Part shown: positions 1 through 10,308 of the stretch, one piece after another
Layout: every line of letters starts with the position of its first letter
Numbering within the stretch: position 1 is the stretch's first letter
Origin: Bacteroidales bacterium
Lineage (GTDB): Bacteria; Bacteroidota; Bacteroidia; Bacteroidales; UBA932
NCBI GenBank assembly: GCA_021443515.1
Contig: JABUTT010000067.1
Location: 1 to 43,767, forward strand
DNA length: 43,767 nucleotides
Reading direction: 5' to 3'
Notes under the pieces: model-generated
Seen by the model: only the letters and a program-made list of their open reading frames with translations
Database searches by the model: none
Told to the model about the DNA's origin: nothing
Translations under genes and position numbers: made by a program

Positions 1-330
1 GGTAAGAACAAACCAAGTTTTACTCCTCACGTTGACTGTGGTGACAATGTCATCATCATCAACGCTGACAAGATTAAACTCACAGGCAAGAAGATGACTG
101 ACAAGATTTACGTTCGTCACACAGGTTATCCTGGTGGACAGCGTTTCTCTACACCGAAGGAAGTTCTCGCAAAGAAACCAACCGAGGTGGTCAGAATGGC
201 AGTCAGGGGTATGCTCCCTAAGAATCGTCTTAGCGAGAAGATCATGAACAACCTCTACCTCTATCAGGGTGCAGAGCATCCACATCAGGCACAACAGCCT
301 AAAACCCTTAAGTTAAACGAAATTTTATAA
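1..330 (+). CDS. rplM: 50S ribosomal protein L13 (5' truncated by window edge)
   Basis: Frame 1 is open from base 1: [15 protein letters not shown]...HTGYPGG...[10 protein letters not shown]...HPHQAQQP; directly upstream of S9. Confidence 0.98.
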   Translation, partial: GKNKPSFTPHVDCGDNVIIINADKIKLTGKKMTDKIYVRHTGYPGGQRFSTPKEVLAKKPTEVVRMAVRGMLPKNRLSEKIMNNLYLYQGAEHPHQAQQPKTLKLNEIL

Positions 331-339
331 AAGCAGAGC

Positions 340-729
340 ATGGAAAAAGTAAACGCCCTTGGAAGACGTAAATCAGCAGTTGCTCGCGTTTATGTAACAC
401 CTGGAAAAGGTAACATCGTTGTAAACGGCAGGGAAGTGAACGAGTATTTCTCAGAAGGCTCACTCCTCTACATCGTTAACCAGCCATTTGAAGTTACCAA
501 CACCGCAGGCCAGTTCGACGTTAAGGCTAACATCGACGGTGGCGGAGTCAAAGGACAGGCAGAAGCTCTTCGTCTCGGTATTTCTCGCGCACTTTGCGAG
601 ATTGATAAAGAGGCTTACAGAGCAGCCCTCAAGTCTAACGGCTTCCTCACAAGAGATGCACGCGAAGTCGAGAGAAAGAAACCGGGCCAGCCAGGTGCAC
701 GCAGACGCTTCCAATTCTCTAAACGTTAA
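340..729 (+). CDS. rpsI: 30S ribosomal protein S9
   Basis: [21 protein letters not shown]-terminal ERKKPG...[10 protein letters not shown]. Confidence 0.98.
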   Translation: MEKVNALGRRKSAVARVYVTPGKGNIVVNGREVNEYFSEGSLLYIVNQPFEVTNTAGQFDVKANIDGGGVKGQAEALRLGISRALCEIDKEAYRAALKSNGFLTRDAREVERKKPGQPGARRRFQFSKR

Positions 730-928
730 TCCAACACTGATTACAAAATCTGCAGTCCGGTTATTAAATCACACTGCGCGGCGTGAAGCCGAAGACAGGA
801 TTGCCGAGATTGCATAAAATCCGGAAGACTTTGAAAACTACTTCCAGATTGTCGTAAAAAAAGCCCGAGGGGCAAAAGACAAGACCCCGAAAGGCAACGA
901 GTAAAAAACCTATTATTTTATTTTAAAA
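730..928 (+). promoter_or_regulatory. Structured rpsB 5' leader (candidate S2 autoregulatory RNA)
   Basis: 199-nt spacer with several stems: GCAGT/ACTGC, CGGC-GTGAA-GCCG, AATC(C)GGAAG/CTTCC(A)GATT, GCCC-GAG-GGGC, TTGCC/GGCAA; position matches known rpsB leaders. Confidence 0.55.
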
Positions 929-1723
929 ATGTCAAGAACAAATTTCCAAGAATTACTTGATGCAGGTGCACACTTCGGTCACTTGGCAAGGAAGTGGAAT
1001 CCTAAGATGGCTCCATACATCTTCGACCAGAAGAATGGAATCCACATTATCGATCTGCATAAAAGTATAGCAAAAGTCGACGAGGCTGCAGCTGTTATGA
1101 AGCAGCTCGCACGCAGCGGAAAGAAAATCCTCTTCGTCGCAACAAAGAAACAGGCTAAGGAAGTCGTAGCCGAGAAGGCAACTTCCATCGCAATGCCTTT
1201 CGTAACTGAAAGATGGCCGGGCGGAATGCTTACAAACTTCCCAACCATCCGTAAGGCAATCAAGAAAATGAACACCATCGACAAGATGATTGAAGATGGC
1301 ACATTCGCAACTCTCGCAAAGAGAGAGCGTCTTCAGGTAACCCGTCAGAGAGCAAAACTCGAGAAGAACCTCGGTTCAATCAAGGATATGAGCCGTCTTC
1401 CATCCGCTCTCTTCGTAGTTGACGTTCAGAAAGAGGCCAATGCCGTTAAAGAGGCAAACCGTCTTAACATTCCGGTTATCGCAATAGTTGATACTTGCTG
1501 CGATCCAACCCCAATTGATTACGTGATTCCGGCAAACGACGATGCATCAAAGAGTGTAGAGGTTATCCTCGCTGCTCTCTGCGCTGCCGTTAACGAGGGT
1601 CTCGAAGAGCGCAAACTCGAGAAGGAAAAAGAAGACCAGCCAGCAGAAGGCGCTGAGGCTCCTGCAAAGAAGCTCCGCCCACGCAAAGCAAAAGAAGTTA
1701 AACCAGAAGAATCAGCCGAATAA
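929..1723 (+). CDS. rpsB: 30S ribosomal protein S2
   Basis: LLDAGAHFGH...WNPKMAPYIF, RWPGGMLTNF, IPANDDA. Confidence 0.98.
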   Translation: MSRTNFQELLDAGAHFGHLARKWNPKMAPYIFDQKNGIHIIDLHKSIAKVDEAAAVMKQLARSGKKILFVATKKQAKEVVAEKATSIAMPFVTERWPGGMLTNFPTIRKAIKKMNTIDKMIEDGTFATLAKRERLQVTRQRAKLEKNLGSIKDMSRLPSALFVVDVQKEANAVKEANRLNIPVIAIVDTCCDPTPIDYVIPANDDASKSVEVILAALCAAVNEGLEERKLEKEKEDQPAEGAEAPAKKLRPRKAKEVKPEESAE

Positions 1724-1726
1724 GCT

Positions 1727-2722
1727 ATGGAAATCAAAGCATTAGATGTAAAGAAACTCCGTGACATGACCGGTGCCGGTATGATGGATTGCAAGAACGC
1801 ACTTGTACAGGCAGAAGGCAATTTCGAACGCGCACAGGAAATCATCCGTGAGAAAGGCAAGCTTGTTGCCGCAAAGAGAGCAGACCGTGAAACTACTGAG
1901 GGTGCTGTTATCACACGTATTGAAGGTAACAAGGGTATCATCGTATGCCTCGGTTGCGAGACCGACTTCGTATCTAAGAACGAGGAATTCCAGACTTTGG
2001 CAAACACCATCGCTGACGCTGCAATCAAGGCTTTCCCTGCTGACATCGAAGGTCTCAAGGCCGTTACCCTTCCAAGCGGTGACACCGTAGAGACTGCCGT
2101 TACTCTTCAGACAGGTAAGACCGGTGAAAAGCACACACTCGCTTTCTATGCAGCTGTTGAGGCTCCTTACATTGCAGCCTATATGCACAAGATTACCGGC
2201 AAGCTCGCCGCTATCGTAGGCTTCAGCAAGGCTCTTAACGAGGAAGATGCAAAAGGTATCGCCATTCAGGTTGCTACAATGAATCCAGTCGCTGTAGATA
2301 AGGATTCTGTGCCTCAGTCAGTTATTGACAATGAGCTCACAGTCGCTATCCAGAAGACTAAAGAGGAACTTATAGGAAAGGCTGTGGATGCAGCTCTCAA
2401 GAAAGCCGGCATCAACCCTGCACACGTTGACAGCGAAGACCATATCCAAAGCAACACTGCAAAAGGATGGCTCACTCCTGAGCAGGCAGACCAGGCTCGC
2501 AGCATTAAGGAAACTGTTGCTGCTGAAAAGGCTGCAAACCTCAATGAGGATATGATTAAGAACATCGCCAATGGTCGTCTCTCTAAGTTCTTCAAAGAGC
2601 AGACTCTTGTTGAGCAGGAGTATCAGATGGGTGACGGCAAGCAGAGTGTAAGGGAATTCCTTGCAGGCATCGACAAAGAAATCAAAGTTGTTGCTTTCAA
2701 GCGTTTCTCACTCGCTGACTAA
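1727..2722 (+). CDS. tsf: Translation elongation factor Ts
   Basis: VKKLRDMTGAGMMDCKNAL, CETDFV; follows rpsB; ~330 aa Bacteroidales-length form. Confidence 0.97.
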   Translation: MEIKALDVKKLRDMTGAGMMDCKNALVQAEGNFERAQEIIREKGKLVAAKRADRETTEGAVITRIEGNKGIIVCLGCETDFVSKNEEFQTLANTIADAAIKAFPADIEGLKAVTLPSGDTVETAVTLQTGKTGEKHTLAFYAAVEAPYIAAYMHKITGKLAAIVGFSKALNEEDAKGIAIQVATMNPVAVDKDSVPQSVIDNELTVAIQKTKEELIGKAVDAALKKAGINPAHVDSEDHIQSNTAKGWLTPEQADQARSIKETVAAEKAANLNEDMIKNIANGRLSKFFKEQTLVEQEYQMGDGKQSVREFLAGIDKEIKVVAFKRFSLAD

Positions 2723-2760
2723 GAATCTGTTAAATAGATTCTATAAAAATACCAAAATCA

Positions 2761-2796
2761 AAAAGGAGGCCCCAAGTGGAGTCTCCTTTTCTTTTT
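2761..2796. terminator. Bidirectional intrinsic terminator between convergent tsf and sdhC
   Basis: AAAAGGAGGCCCC-AAGT-GGAGTCTCCTTTT stem flanked by A and T runs. Confidence 0.8.
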
Positions 2797-2871
2797 ATAA
2801 TAATTAAGGTTAGAAAATTCTTAATTAGTATTTATTTTTTTTCTATACGTTTTCTCTACAATACGGTTTAA

Positions 2872-3558
2872 TTAGAATGCTGCTTGATAGTAACCATTTA
2901 TTGCTACAACAGCAAATATAAGAACGATAAGTGTAGCGAAAATAATTCCGAGAACTTTAAGACGCTTCATCCAAATCTCGTTGCTCCAACCGATAGTCTG
3001 GAATGCACTCCAGAAACCATGAGTAAGGTGGAACCAGATTACAAAGAACCAGATAAGATAAAGAACGAGGAATTCTATATTTCCAAATGTTGTTGTGAGA
3101 AGAACATAAGGATTTTCCTCTTCGCCGCCAATGAATGACTGAAGCTGCATGTGCTGCCAGAAGTCAAGAAGGTGGAGAGCAATACCGAGGAGAACGATGA
3201 GACCAAGAATAATCATATTCTTTGAAGCCCAAGATTCAGCTTTGCCTTTTGAACCGCCCTTGTAACGGAAGAAACCGCCACGAGCCTTGATATTGCCATA
3301 TTCAAGCCACATAGCCCAAAGGATGTGAACCGCAAAGCCAAGGGCGAGAACAGGTACCATAATTGTAACGATAGGAAGCGCCATGAATTCACAACCCTTC
3401 ATAAACAAACCGTCTGCTGCGCCAAACTTGCCGGTAAAGGTGTCAATAACGCTGAAGAAGTTAATTGTTCCGTGAAGAAGAAGAAATAAAATCAGGAAAA
3501 GTCCCGAAATACTCATGAACAATTTCTTACCGATAGATGATTTAAAGATTGTTGCCAT
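2872..3558 (-). CDS. sdhC: Succinate dehydrogenase/fumarate reductase cytochrome b subunit
   Basis: SSIGKKLFMSISGLFLILFLLLH, HIL, HLLDFW, WFHLTHGFWSAFQTIG (heme-ligand His residues, ~5 TM); start taken at MATIFK. Confidence 0.9.
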   Translation of the reverse strand: MATIFKSSIGKKLFMSISGLFLILFLLLHGTINFFSVIDTFTGKFGAADGLFMKGCEFMALPIVTIMVPVLALGFAVHILWAMWLEYGNIKARGGFFRYKGGSKGKAESWASKNMIILGLIVLLGIALHLLDFWQHMQLQSFIGGEEENPYVLLTTTFGNIEFLVLYLIWFFVIWFHLTHGFWSAFQTIGWSNEIWMKRLKVLGIIFATLIVLIFAVVAINGYYQAAF

Positions 3559-3593
3559 TATATTAAATTTAATTATCTGCTTTTTTTGCCACA

Positions 3594-3660
3594 CAAAGAT
3601 AGGGATTTTTTGTTAAATGCCCTATATAATTGCAAACAAGTTTATTTTTAAGTAGATTTG
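3594..3660. promoter_or_regulatory. Divergent Bacteroidota sigma70 -7 boxes for sdhC and pyrH
   Basis: Minus strand TATCTTTG (3594-3601); plus strand TAGATTTG (3653-3660); both match TAnnTTTG. Confidence 0.65.
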
Positions 3661-3726
3661 CACAAGATTCGGAAGAGGTTTGGATTTTAAGTAAAAAGTC
3701 AAAACATCTTCACAAAATTAGACACT

Positions 3727-4431
3727 ATGTATAAAAGAGTATTATTAAAACTTAGCGGAGAAATGCTTGGAGGAGAAACAGGTGTAGGTCTGGACGCTCC
3801 TTCCATTCAGAAATTCGCAAAGTTAATAGCCTCAGCCGCTTCAAAAGGCCTTCAGGTCGGAGTAGTAATTGGCGGAGGAAATATTTTCAGAGGTCTTACA
3901 GCAGAAGGCAAGGGCTTTGAAAGGGTTACATCGGATAAAATGGGTATGCTTGCTACCGTAATCAATGCCCTCGGACTTAAAATGGCAATCCGTAGCGAAG
4001 GTGTGGAGGCTGAGGTGTTCACAGCAACCCCAATGATGCCTATAGCGCACCAATATCATAATGAAGATGTCATAGCATTCCTTGATAAAGGTGGAGTGGC
4101 AATCTTCGGCGGAGGCACAGGCAATCCTTATTTCTCAACAGATTCGGGAGCAGCCCTCAGAGCAAGAGAAATAAAAGCCGATGTTCTTCTGAAAGCCACA
4201 AAGGTCGATGGAGTATATACAGCCGACCCTAAGAAAGACCCTACGGCAACACGCTACGATGAAATTACATTCGACAAGGTTATGGCAGATCACCTGAAGG
4301 TTATGGACCAGACTGCCTTTGCCCTCTGTCAGGATGGAAATCTCCCTATCATCGTATTTGATGTAAATATACCGGGTGCCCTCGACAATCTTCTTGAAGG
4401 GAAAAAAGTCGGCACTCTTGTTCATGCTTAA
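3727..4431 (+). CDS. pyrH: UMP kinase
   Basis: YKRVLLKLSGE, GGGNIFRG, GTGNPYFSTD, KATKVDGVY. Confidence 0.97.
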   Translation: MYKRVLLKLSGEMLGGETGVGLDAPSIQKFAKLIASAASKGLQVGVVIGGGNIFRGLTAEGKGFERVTSDKMGMLATVINALGLKMAIRSEGVEAEVFTATPMMPIAHQYHNEDVIAFLDKGGVAIFGGGTGNPYFSTDSGAALRAREIKADVLLKATKVDGVYTADPKKDPTATRYDEITFDKVMADHLKVMDQTAFALCQDGNLPIIVFDVNIPGALDNLLEGKKVGTLVHA

Positions 4432-4449
4432 ACACTAAAAACAGATATT

Positions 4450-5013
4450 ATGGTTGAAAAAGCTAAAGGCATTGTTGAAAATGCCAAATCAAAAATGCAG
4501 GACGCAGTAGATTTCCTCGAGGAAGATCTCAAGTCATACAGAGCAGGCAAAGCCTCTCCTTCCATTCTAAACGGCATTACTGTCGATTACTACGGTTCAC
4601 CTATGCCCATCTCACAGGTTGCCAGCATTACAGTGCCGGATGCCAAAACCATTGCCATCCAGCCTTGGGAAAAGACTATGATTGCAAAGATTGAAAAGGC
4701 AATTCTCGTTGCAAACATCGGTCTCACCCCTCAGAATAACGGCGAAACCGTCCGCCTCAACTTCCCGCCTCTTACCGAAGAAAGGCGTAAGGAACTTATC
4801 AAGAAAGCAAAAGCAGCAGGTGAAAATGCAAAGGTCGTTGTCCGCAATGCACGCCGCGATGCTATTGAGGCCCTTAAGAAAATCCAGAAGGAAGGACTTC
4901 CTGAGGATACCGAGAAGGATTTTGAGGATATTACTCAAAAGCACACAGACGAATTCAACAAGAAAATCGACACTCTCATTGCAGATAAGGAGAAAGATAT
5001 CCTGACAGTGTAA
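4450..5013 (+). CDS. frr: Ribosome recycling factor
   Basis: RAGKASP, VDYYGS, PPLTEERRKEL, VRNARRDA. Confidence 0.97.
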   Translation: MVEKAKGIVENAKSKMQDAVDFLEEDLKSYRAGKASPSILNGITVDYYGSPMPISQVASITVPDAKTIAIQPWEKTMIAKIEKAILVANIGLTPQNNGETVRLNFPPLTEERRKELIKKAKAAGENAKVVVRNARRDAIEALKKIQKEGLPEDTEKDFEDITQKHTDEFNKKIDTLIADKEKDILTV

Positions 5014-5063
5014 GAGACTGTTTCAACGTTGAAGATATTATCTTCCTAAAGTTTAGGACAAAC

Positions 5064-5102
5064 AAAAAAGGAGACCTCAAAACCGGGGTCTCCTGAATTT
5101 TT
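5064..5102. terminator. Intrinsic terminator between convergent frr and the secA operon
   Basis: AGGAGACCTC-AAAACC-GGGGTCTCCT stem; A6 at 5064-5069 is a U-tract on the minus strand. Confidence 0.75.
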
Positions 5103-5117
5103 ATGTATTTGTGTGAA

Positions 5118-5516
5118 TTACTTCACTTCTTGTGAAGCGACTGCTGCAGCTTTCTTCTCGGTTATCATCTTGCAGGTACCGTTGAATGAAACTCCGAGTT
5201 CAACAAGGAACTTCTTAACATTGAGATTTCCTTCAACCTGGCAACCATCCTTGAGAGAAAGAATGTTTGTTGCGGTGATATCACCCTTGAATTTGCCCCA
5301 AAGGTCGAGGTCTGCACATTCAATAGAACCTCCAACCTGAGCGCCTGAACCGACGATAACCTTGCTCTGGCACTTGATATTGCCTTCATAGTTACCATCA
5401 ATACGTACGTCATAAGGAGTGATGAGGTCGCCTTTGAAGGTCGAGCCTGCACTGATTCGTGACACTGCATTAGCCTTCGCAGTATCGTTTAAGGTTTCTG
5501 GTTTTGACATATTCAT
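5118..5516 (-). CDS. Bactofilin (polymer-forming cytoskeletal protein, CcmA family)
   Basis: ISAGSTFKGDL...VRIDGNYEGNI...GKFKGDI...VEGNL...GVSFNGTCKM beta-helix repeats. Confidence 0.9.
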   Translation of the reverse strand: MNMSKPETLNDTAKANAVSRISAGSTFKGDLITPYDVRIDGNYEGNIKCQSKVIVGSGAQVGGSIECADLDLWGKFKGDITATNILSLKDGCQVEGNLNVKKFLVELGVSFNGTCKMITEKKAAAVASQEVK

Positions 5517-5549
5517 AATTATTTCTGTTTATTGTTTCTCTTTTATTAA

Positions 5550-8500
5550 CTATATATCTCTGCCGTGGCAGTTTTTGTATTTTTTTCCGCTCCCGCAAGG
5601 GCAAGGATCATTCCTTCCAACCGTTTTTTCAACTTTTACAGGGGCTTTTGATTTCTCCTGTCCTCCGTTTGTAACCAAGTCTGGACGGGAAGTCTGGAGA
5701 TGGTTCATCTGGCGACGCTGCTGGCGAGACTCCTGAACCTCGGATGAGTCGCGAAGTGCGATACCACTACGAAGGATGAATGAAATTATTGCCTTTGAAA
5801 GCGACTCAATCATATTCTTGAAGAGGTCGTAACTTTCAAGTTTATAGATGAGGAGAGGGTCTTTCTGCTCGTAAGTTGCATTCTGAACACTCTGCTTGAG
5901 GTCATCCATCTCCCTAAGATGCTCCATCCAGTGGTTGTCAATCTCGTGAAGGGTTATGCTCTTGCACAATGCCTTTGCAATCTCCTTACCCTGGCTCTCG
6001 TATGCTCTCTTGAGATTTACCGAGATCGTTGCCATCTTTCTTCCATCCGTAATAGGAATGGCGATATTTGTGTAAATCTGGCTCTGAGTCTCATAAACCT
6101 GCTTGATAATAGGATAGGCTTTCTCCATCATAGTGTTCATACGGCGCTCGTAGGTCTCGAACATACTATTATATAAAGCGTTCGCAAGAGCATCCTGACG
6201 GGCAGAAGAATAGAACTTCTCGTCAAAGCCCGGTTCAATGGAGAGGTTTGCCATAAGATATTCGCAGAAACCTTCATAATCGAGACCATCCTTCTCTGCC
6301 GCATAAATATCGGCAAGGTCCTGCATCATATTGAGTACATCAATCTCAACCCTGTCTCCGTAAAGCGCATTGCGACGACGGGTATAGACGACCTCACGCT
6401 GTGAGTTCATAACGTCATCATATTCGAGAAGACGCTTACGGGTACCGAAGTTTATTTCCTCTACCTTCTTCTGGGCACGCTCTATACTTGAAGAAAGCAT
6501 TGAACTTTCAAGCGCATCACTTTCAGTCATACCGAGACGGTCAACCACGCCTGCAATCTTTTCAGAGCCGAAGATACGCATAAGTTTATCTTCGAGAGAG
6601 ATGTAGAAAGTTGAACTACCTGGGTCACCCTGACGTCCTGCACGACCTCTCAACTGACGGTCAACTCGGCGTGAATCGTGACGTTCCGTACCGATGATGG
6701 CAAGACCGCCAGCCGCCCTGACCTCAGGAGAAAGCTTAATATCCGTACCACGGCCCGCCATATTGGTCGCAATGGTAACCGTACTCTTTTCGCCTGCGTG
6801 CGCAACTACCTCAGCCTCACGCGCATGCTCCTTTGCATTGAGCAACTGAGCCTGTATGCCCTTCATCTTGAGCATACGGTGGAGGAGTTCGGAAGTCTCA
6901 ACGTCGGTTGTACCCACGAGCACAGGCCTACCCTCTTTCGTAAGAGTCTGTATTCTCGCTATGACAGCATCGAATTTTGCCTTCTTGGTCTTGTAGATGA
7001 GATCCTGCTGGTCGTCACGAATTACCGGACGATTGGTAGGAATCACAACTACATCAAGTTTATATATGCTCCAGAACTCGCCTGCCTCCGTTTCCGCAGT
7101 ACCCGTCATACCCGAGAGTTTGTGGTACATACGGAAGTAGTTCTGAAGGGTAATTGTGGCGAAGGTCTGGGTTGCAGCCTCAATCTTCACATTTTCCTTT
7201 GCCTCAACAGCCTGGTGGAGACCATCGCTCCAACGGCGGCCTTCCATAATACGACCTGTCTGCTCATCTACAATTTTTACCTTATTGTCGATGATGACAT
7301 AGTCGATATCCTTCTCAAACATGGCGTATGCCTTGAGAAGCTGGATGACGGTGTGAACTCGTTCGCTCTTGAGGGCAAAGTCTGCCATAATCTCATCCTT
7401 CCTGGCTGCCTTTTCCGCAGGTGTAAGGTCGTTCTTCTCAACCTCTGCAATAGCCGAGCCCACATCCGGAAGCACGAAGAAGTTTGAATCTTCGACTGTG
7501 GATGCGATGAGTTCATTACCCTTGTCGGTCATGTCCACAGAGTGGTGCATCTCGGAAATAACGAAGTAGAGAGGGTCTGTGACGATGTGCATCTCCCTTT
7601 CGTTATCTTGGATATAATAGTTCTCCACATTCTGGAGAAGTTGCTTCATACCCGGCTCTGAAAGGAACTTGATGAGAGGTTTGTACTTTGGAAGTCCCTT
7701 GTGGGCACGGAAAAGGAGAAGTCCGCCACCATCCGGCTTGCCTGCCTCCGGTTTGAACGAAGTGTCTCCCTCGGAAATGCGTTTCTTCGCGTCATTGAGG
7801 AGTTGGTTCACAAGTTGGCGCTGGGCTGAATAGAGGCGCTCCACGTATGGTTTGTATTGCTCAAACTGCTGGTCATCACCCTTTTCCACAGGTCCTGAAA
7901 TGATGAGAGGGGTACGGGCATCGTCAATGAGCACTGAATCGACCTCATCGACTATGGCAAAATGGTGTTTCCTCTGCACAAGATCTTCAGGACGAGAACA
8001 CATATTGTCTCTCAGGTAGTCAAAACCGAATTCGTTGTTGGTACCGAAGGTAATGTCGCTGTTATATGCCACGCGGCGTTTGTCTTTCTCTGAATTTGCA
8101 TCATACTTGTCGATGCAATCCACGCTGAGTCCGTGGAACATATAGAGAGGACCCATCCACTCGCAGTCACGCTTTGAAAGATAATCATTGACTGTGACTA
8201 CGTGAACGCCCTTGCCTGTGAGCGCATTAAGGAAGACAGGAAGCGTAGCCACGAGTGTTTTACCTTCACCCGTCGCCATCTCGGCAATTTTACCCTGATG
8301 AAGGACGATACCGCCGATGAGCTGGACATCGTAGTGAACCATATCCCAGGTCATATCGTTACCGCCTGCGCTCCAATGGTTGTTCCATATCGCCTTGTCG
8401 CCCTCTATGCGAACAAAGTCCTTCGTTGTGGCAAGTGTACGGTCAAAGTCTGTGGCGGTAACCGATATTTCAGGATTTTGGGCAAACCTTCTGGCCGTGC

Positions 8501-8849
8501 TTTTCATTATTGAAAATGCCTCAGGAAGCACTTCTGTGAGGATAACCTCGAGCTTTTCATCGATTTTCTTGATGAGTTTGTCGCTTTCTGTGGCAAGAGC
8601 TTCCTTTTCCTTAAGATTCACATCTCCTTCAAGGATGATCTTGATTTCCGCAACTCTCGCCTCTTCCTCAGCCACGTATGCGGCAATTTTAGCCTTAAGG
8701 GCAGCAGAAGCGGCGCGAATTTCATCATCAGAAAGTGAATCTATGCTCTTATATGCTTCGAGTATCTTCGCCAACATAGGCTTCAAGGCCTTGAGATCCC
8801 TATCTGCCTTTGTTCCGAAGAGAGCTTTGAATATTGAAGTTAATGACAT
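5550..8849 (-). CDS. secA: Preprotein translocase subunit SecA
   Basis: [44 protein letters not shown]-terminal [23 protein letters not shown]. Confidence 0.99.
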   Translation of the reverse strand: MSLTSIFKALFGTKADRDLKALKPMLAKILEAYKSIDSLSDDEIRAASAALKAKIAAYVAEEEARVAEIKIILEGDVNLKEKEALATESDKLIKKIDEKLEVILTEVLPEAFSIMKSTARRFAQNPEISVTATDFDRTLATTKDFVRIEGDKAIWNNHWSAGGNDMTWDMVHYDVQLIGGIVLHQGKIAEMATGEGKTLVATLPVFLNALTGKGVHVVTVNDYLSKRDCEWMGPLYMFHGLSVDCIDKYDANSEKDKRRVAYNSDITFGTNNEFGFDYLRDNMCSRPEDLVQRKHHFAIVDEVDSVLIDDARTPLIISGPVEKGDDQQFEQYKPYVERLYSAQRQLVNQLLNDAKKRISEGDTSFKPEAGKPDGGGLLLFRAHKGLPKYKPLIKFLSEPGMKQLLQNVENYYIQDNEREMHIVTDPLYFVISEMHHSVDMTDKGNELIASTVEDSNFFVLPDVGSAIAEVEKNDLTPAEKAARKDEIMADFALKSERVHTVIQLLKAYAMFEKDIDYVIIDNKVKIVDEQTGRIMEGRRWSDGLHQAVEAKENVKIEAATQTFATITLQNYFRMYHKLSGMTGTAETEAGEFWSIYKLDVVVIPTNRPVIRDDQQDLIYKTKKAKFDAVIARIQTLTKEGRPVLVGTTDVETSELLHRMLKMKGIQAQLLNAKEHAREAEVVAHAGEKSTVTIATNMAGRGTDIKLSPEVRAAGGLAIIGTERHDSRRVDRQLRGRAGRQGDPGSSTFYISLEDKLMRIFGSEKIAGVVDRLGMTESDALESSMLSSSIERAQKKVEEINFGTRKRLLEYDDVMNSQREVVYTRRRNALYGDRVEIDVLNMMQDLADIYAAEKDGLDYEGFCEYLMANLSIEPGFDEKFYSSARQDALANALYNSMFETYERRMNTMMEKAYPIIKQVYETQSQIYTNIAIPITDGRKMATISVNLKRAYESQGKEIAKALCKSITLHEIDNHWMEHLREMDDLKQSVQNATYEQKDPLLIYKLESYDLFKNMIESLSKAIISFILRSGIALRDSSEVQESRQQRRQMNHLQTSRPDLVTNGGQEKSKAPVKVEKTVGRNDPCPCGSGKKYKNCHGRDI

Positions 8850-8850
8850 A

Positions 8851-9816
8851 TCAGACTAATGTGTTGTTTAAAAGTTTGTTGTAAATAACCCTCGTAGGCA
8901 CTATCATAAGATAAAGGGTTGCCCTGAGATTGCCCCTGAATTTCTTTGCGAGAGAACTAAAGTAGCGTATATATTCGACACTCTCCTCATAAGAGTGGTG
9001 ACGCACAAAGTGCTGGAGGGCGACCGAGTACCAGTAAAGCACCTCCGGAAGGTGAATTGTCTTATTCGGATCTTCTCCCACAATTTCATAAATCTTGTCG
9101 ATGATTTTATGAAACTGAATAAGGTTCACATCCCTGTATTTCACCTGATAGTTCTCAGGAAGGTTGTATGAATAGGAATAATCCGAAGTAACTATCACTA
9201 TATCGACATACTTCAGGTAAGTAAGCACAAATAGTTCATCCTCAAACACGTTGAGAAGTTTGTCGAAATGGATGTTATACTTGCGAATTATGTCGAGATT
9301 GAAGAGTTTATTCCAGACATTTGCGAAGAGTTTCTTCTTTACGAGGTCAGAGATGAGATGAATTTTATCTACAAAGACATCGTCTTCGACAATACCCGCA
9401 TAGCGTGTTTTCGGTCCTGAAGCAGTCTTTATCACCGTCTTATAGCCGCTGATGAGGAGATTTGCGCTTTCCCTGTGTTCGGCAAGGCGGCTGAGCCATT
9501 CGGGATCGGCAGTGTCATCTGCATCACAAAATGCCACCCACTCTCCCGTAGCCCTGTCGAGAGCATTATTCCTCGCCGCAGACACACCCTGGTTAGGCTG
9601 ATAGAAAACCATTACACGAGGGTCTTCGTAAGAATACTCGCTGCAAATTTCAAAGGTGCCGTCAGTTGAGCCGTCGTCTATGATTATAAGTTCAAAATCC
9701 GCAAATTTCTGAGACAAAATACTGTCAATGCAGGCACGTATCGAACCTGCCGCATTAAATGCGGGAACAATGACCGTGATTTCCGGATTCTCTTTCAGTC
9801 TGTCAATAAATTCCAT
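8851..9816 (-). CDS. Glycosyltransferase family 2
   Basis: [34 protein letters not shown] motif. Confidence 0.92.
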   Translation of the reverse strand: MEFIDRLKENPEITVIVPAFNAAGSIRACIDSILSQKFADFELIIIDDGSTDGTFEICSEYSYEDPRVMVFYQPNQGVSAARNNALDRATGEWVAFCDADDTADPEWLSRLAEHRESANLLISGYKTVIKTASGPKTRYAGIVEDDVFVDKIHLISDLVKKKLFANVWNKLFNLDIIRKYNIHFDKLLNVFEDELFVLTYLKYVDIVIVTSDYSYSYNLPENYQVKYRDVNLIQFHKIIDKIYEIVGEDPNKTIHLPEVLYWYSVALQHFVRHHSYEESVEYIRYFSSLAKKFRGNLRATLYLMIVPTRVIYNKLLNNTLV

Positions 9817-10307
9817 TCTTCTTTTTGATTCTCAAAATAAACATCGTGGTCTGCAGTGGCCGGATTTGACATTGCAAGAGCCGTACCTGCTGTGGCCAAA
9901 GCATCACATCTTTCATTTTCGGGATGTCCTGCGTGTCCTTTTACCCAGGTGAACCTGACATTATGTCGGCGATAGACCTTCAGAAACCTAACCCACAAGT
10001 CCGGATTCTTTTTCTTGGCAAATCCTTTCTTTTCCCATTCAAAGACCCAGCCCTTGGTGACGGAATCACAGACATATTTGGAGTCCGTGGTCACAATGAC
10101 ATCCGCATTATCCCATTTGATGGCTTCCAAACCTGTAATCACGGCAAGGAGTTCCATCCTGTTATTTGTCGTGAGGATATAGCCCCCACTGATTTCTTTT
10201 TCCAAGTCGCAACATCTAAGCACCACTCCAAAACCTCCGGGACCGGGATTTCCCGAAGCGGAACCGTCTGTGTAAAGCCGTATTACGGGACGTTGCTCTG
10301 CTGCCAT
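9795..10307 (-). CDS. rnhA: Ribonuclease HI
   Basis: YTDGSASGNPGPGG, TTNNRMEL, TDSKYV, WVKGHAGHPENERCD. Confidence 0.96.
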   Translation of the reverse strand: MAAEQRPVIRLYTDGSASGNPGPGGFGVVLRCCDLEKEISGGYILTTNNRMELLAVITGLEAIKWDNADVIVTTDSKYVCDSVTKGWVFEWEKKGFAKKKNPDLWVRFLKVYRRHNVRFTWVKGHAGHPENERCDALATAGTALAMSNPATADHDVYFENQKEEWNLLTD

Positions 10308-10308
10308 A

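Noticed and set aside
2330-2560. Apparent insertion making EF-Ts 331 aa
   Set aside because: This longer form is the usual Bacteroidales EF-Ts
3672-3711. Imperfect hairpin in the pyrH 5' UTR as a pyrimidine attenuator
   Set aside because: AT-rich with mismatches, no U-tract and no PyrR-type motif recognised
6678-7487. Long antisense/alternative-frame ORFs (also 1519-2085, 10327-11121, 12634-13311, 24746-25606, 39684-40355 and others)
   Set aside because: They overlap well-supported genes, have no recognisable motifs, and are expected shadows of codon bias
5550-8849. Unusually long SecA (1099 aa), possible intein
   Set aside because: The length is typical of Bacteroidota SecA; no intein terminal or LAGLIDADG motifs seen
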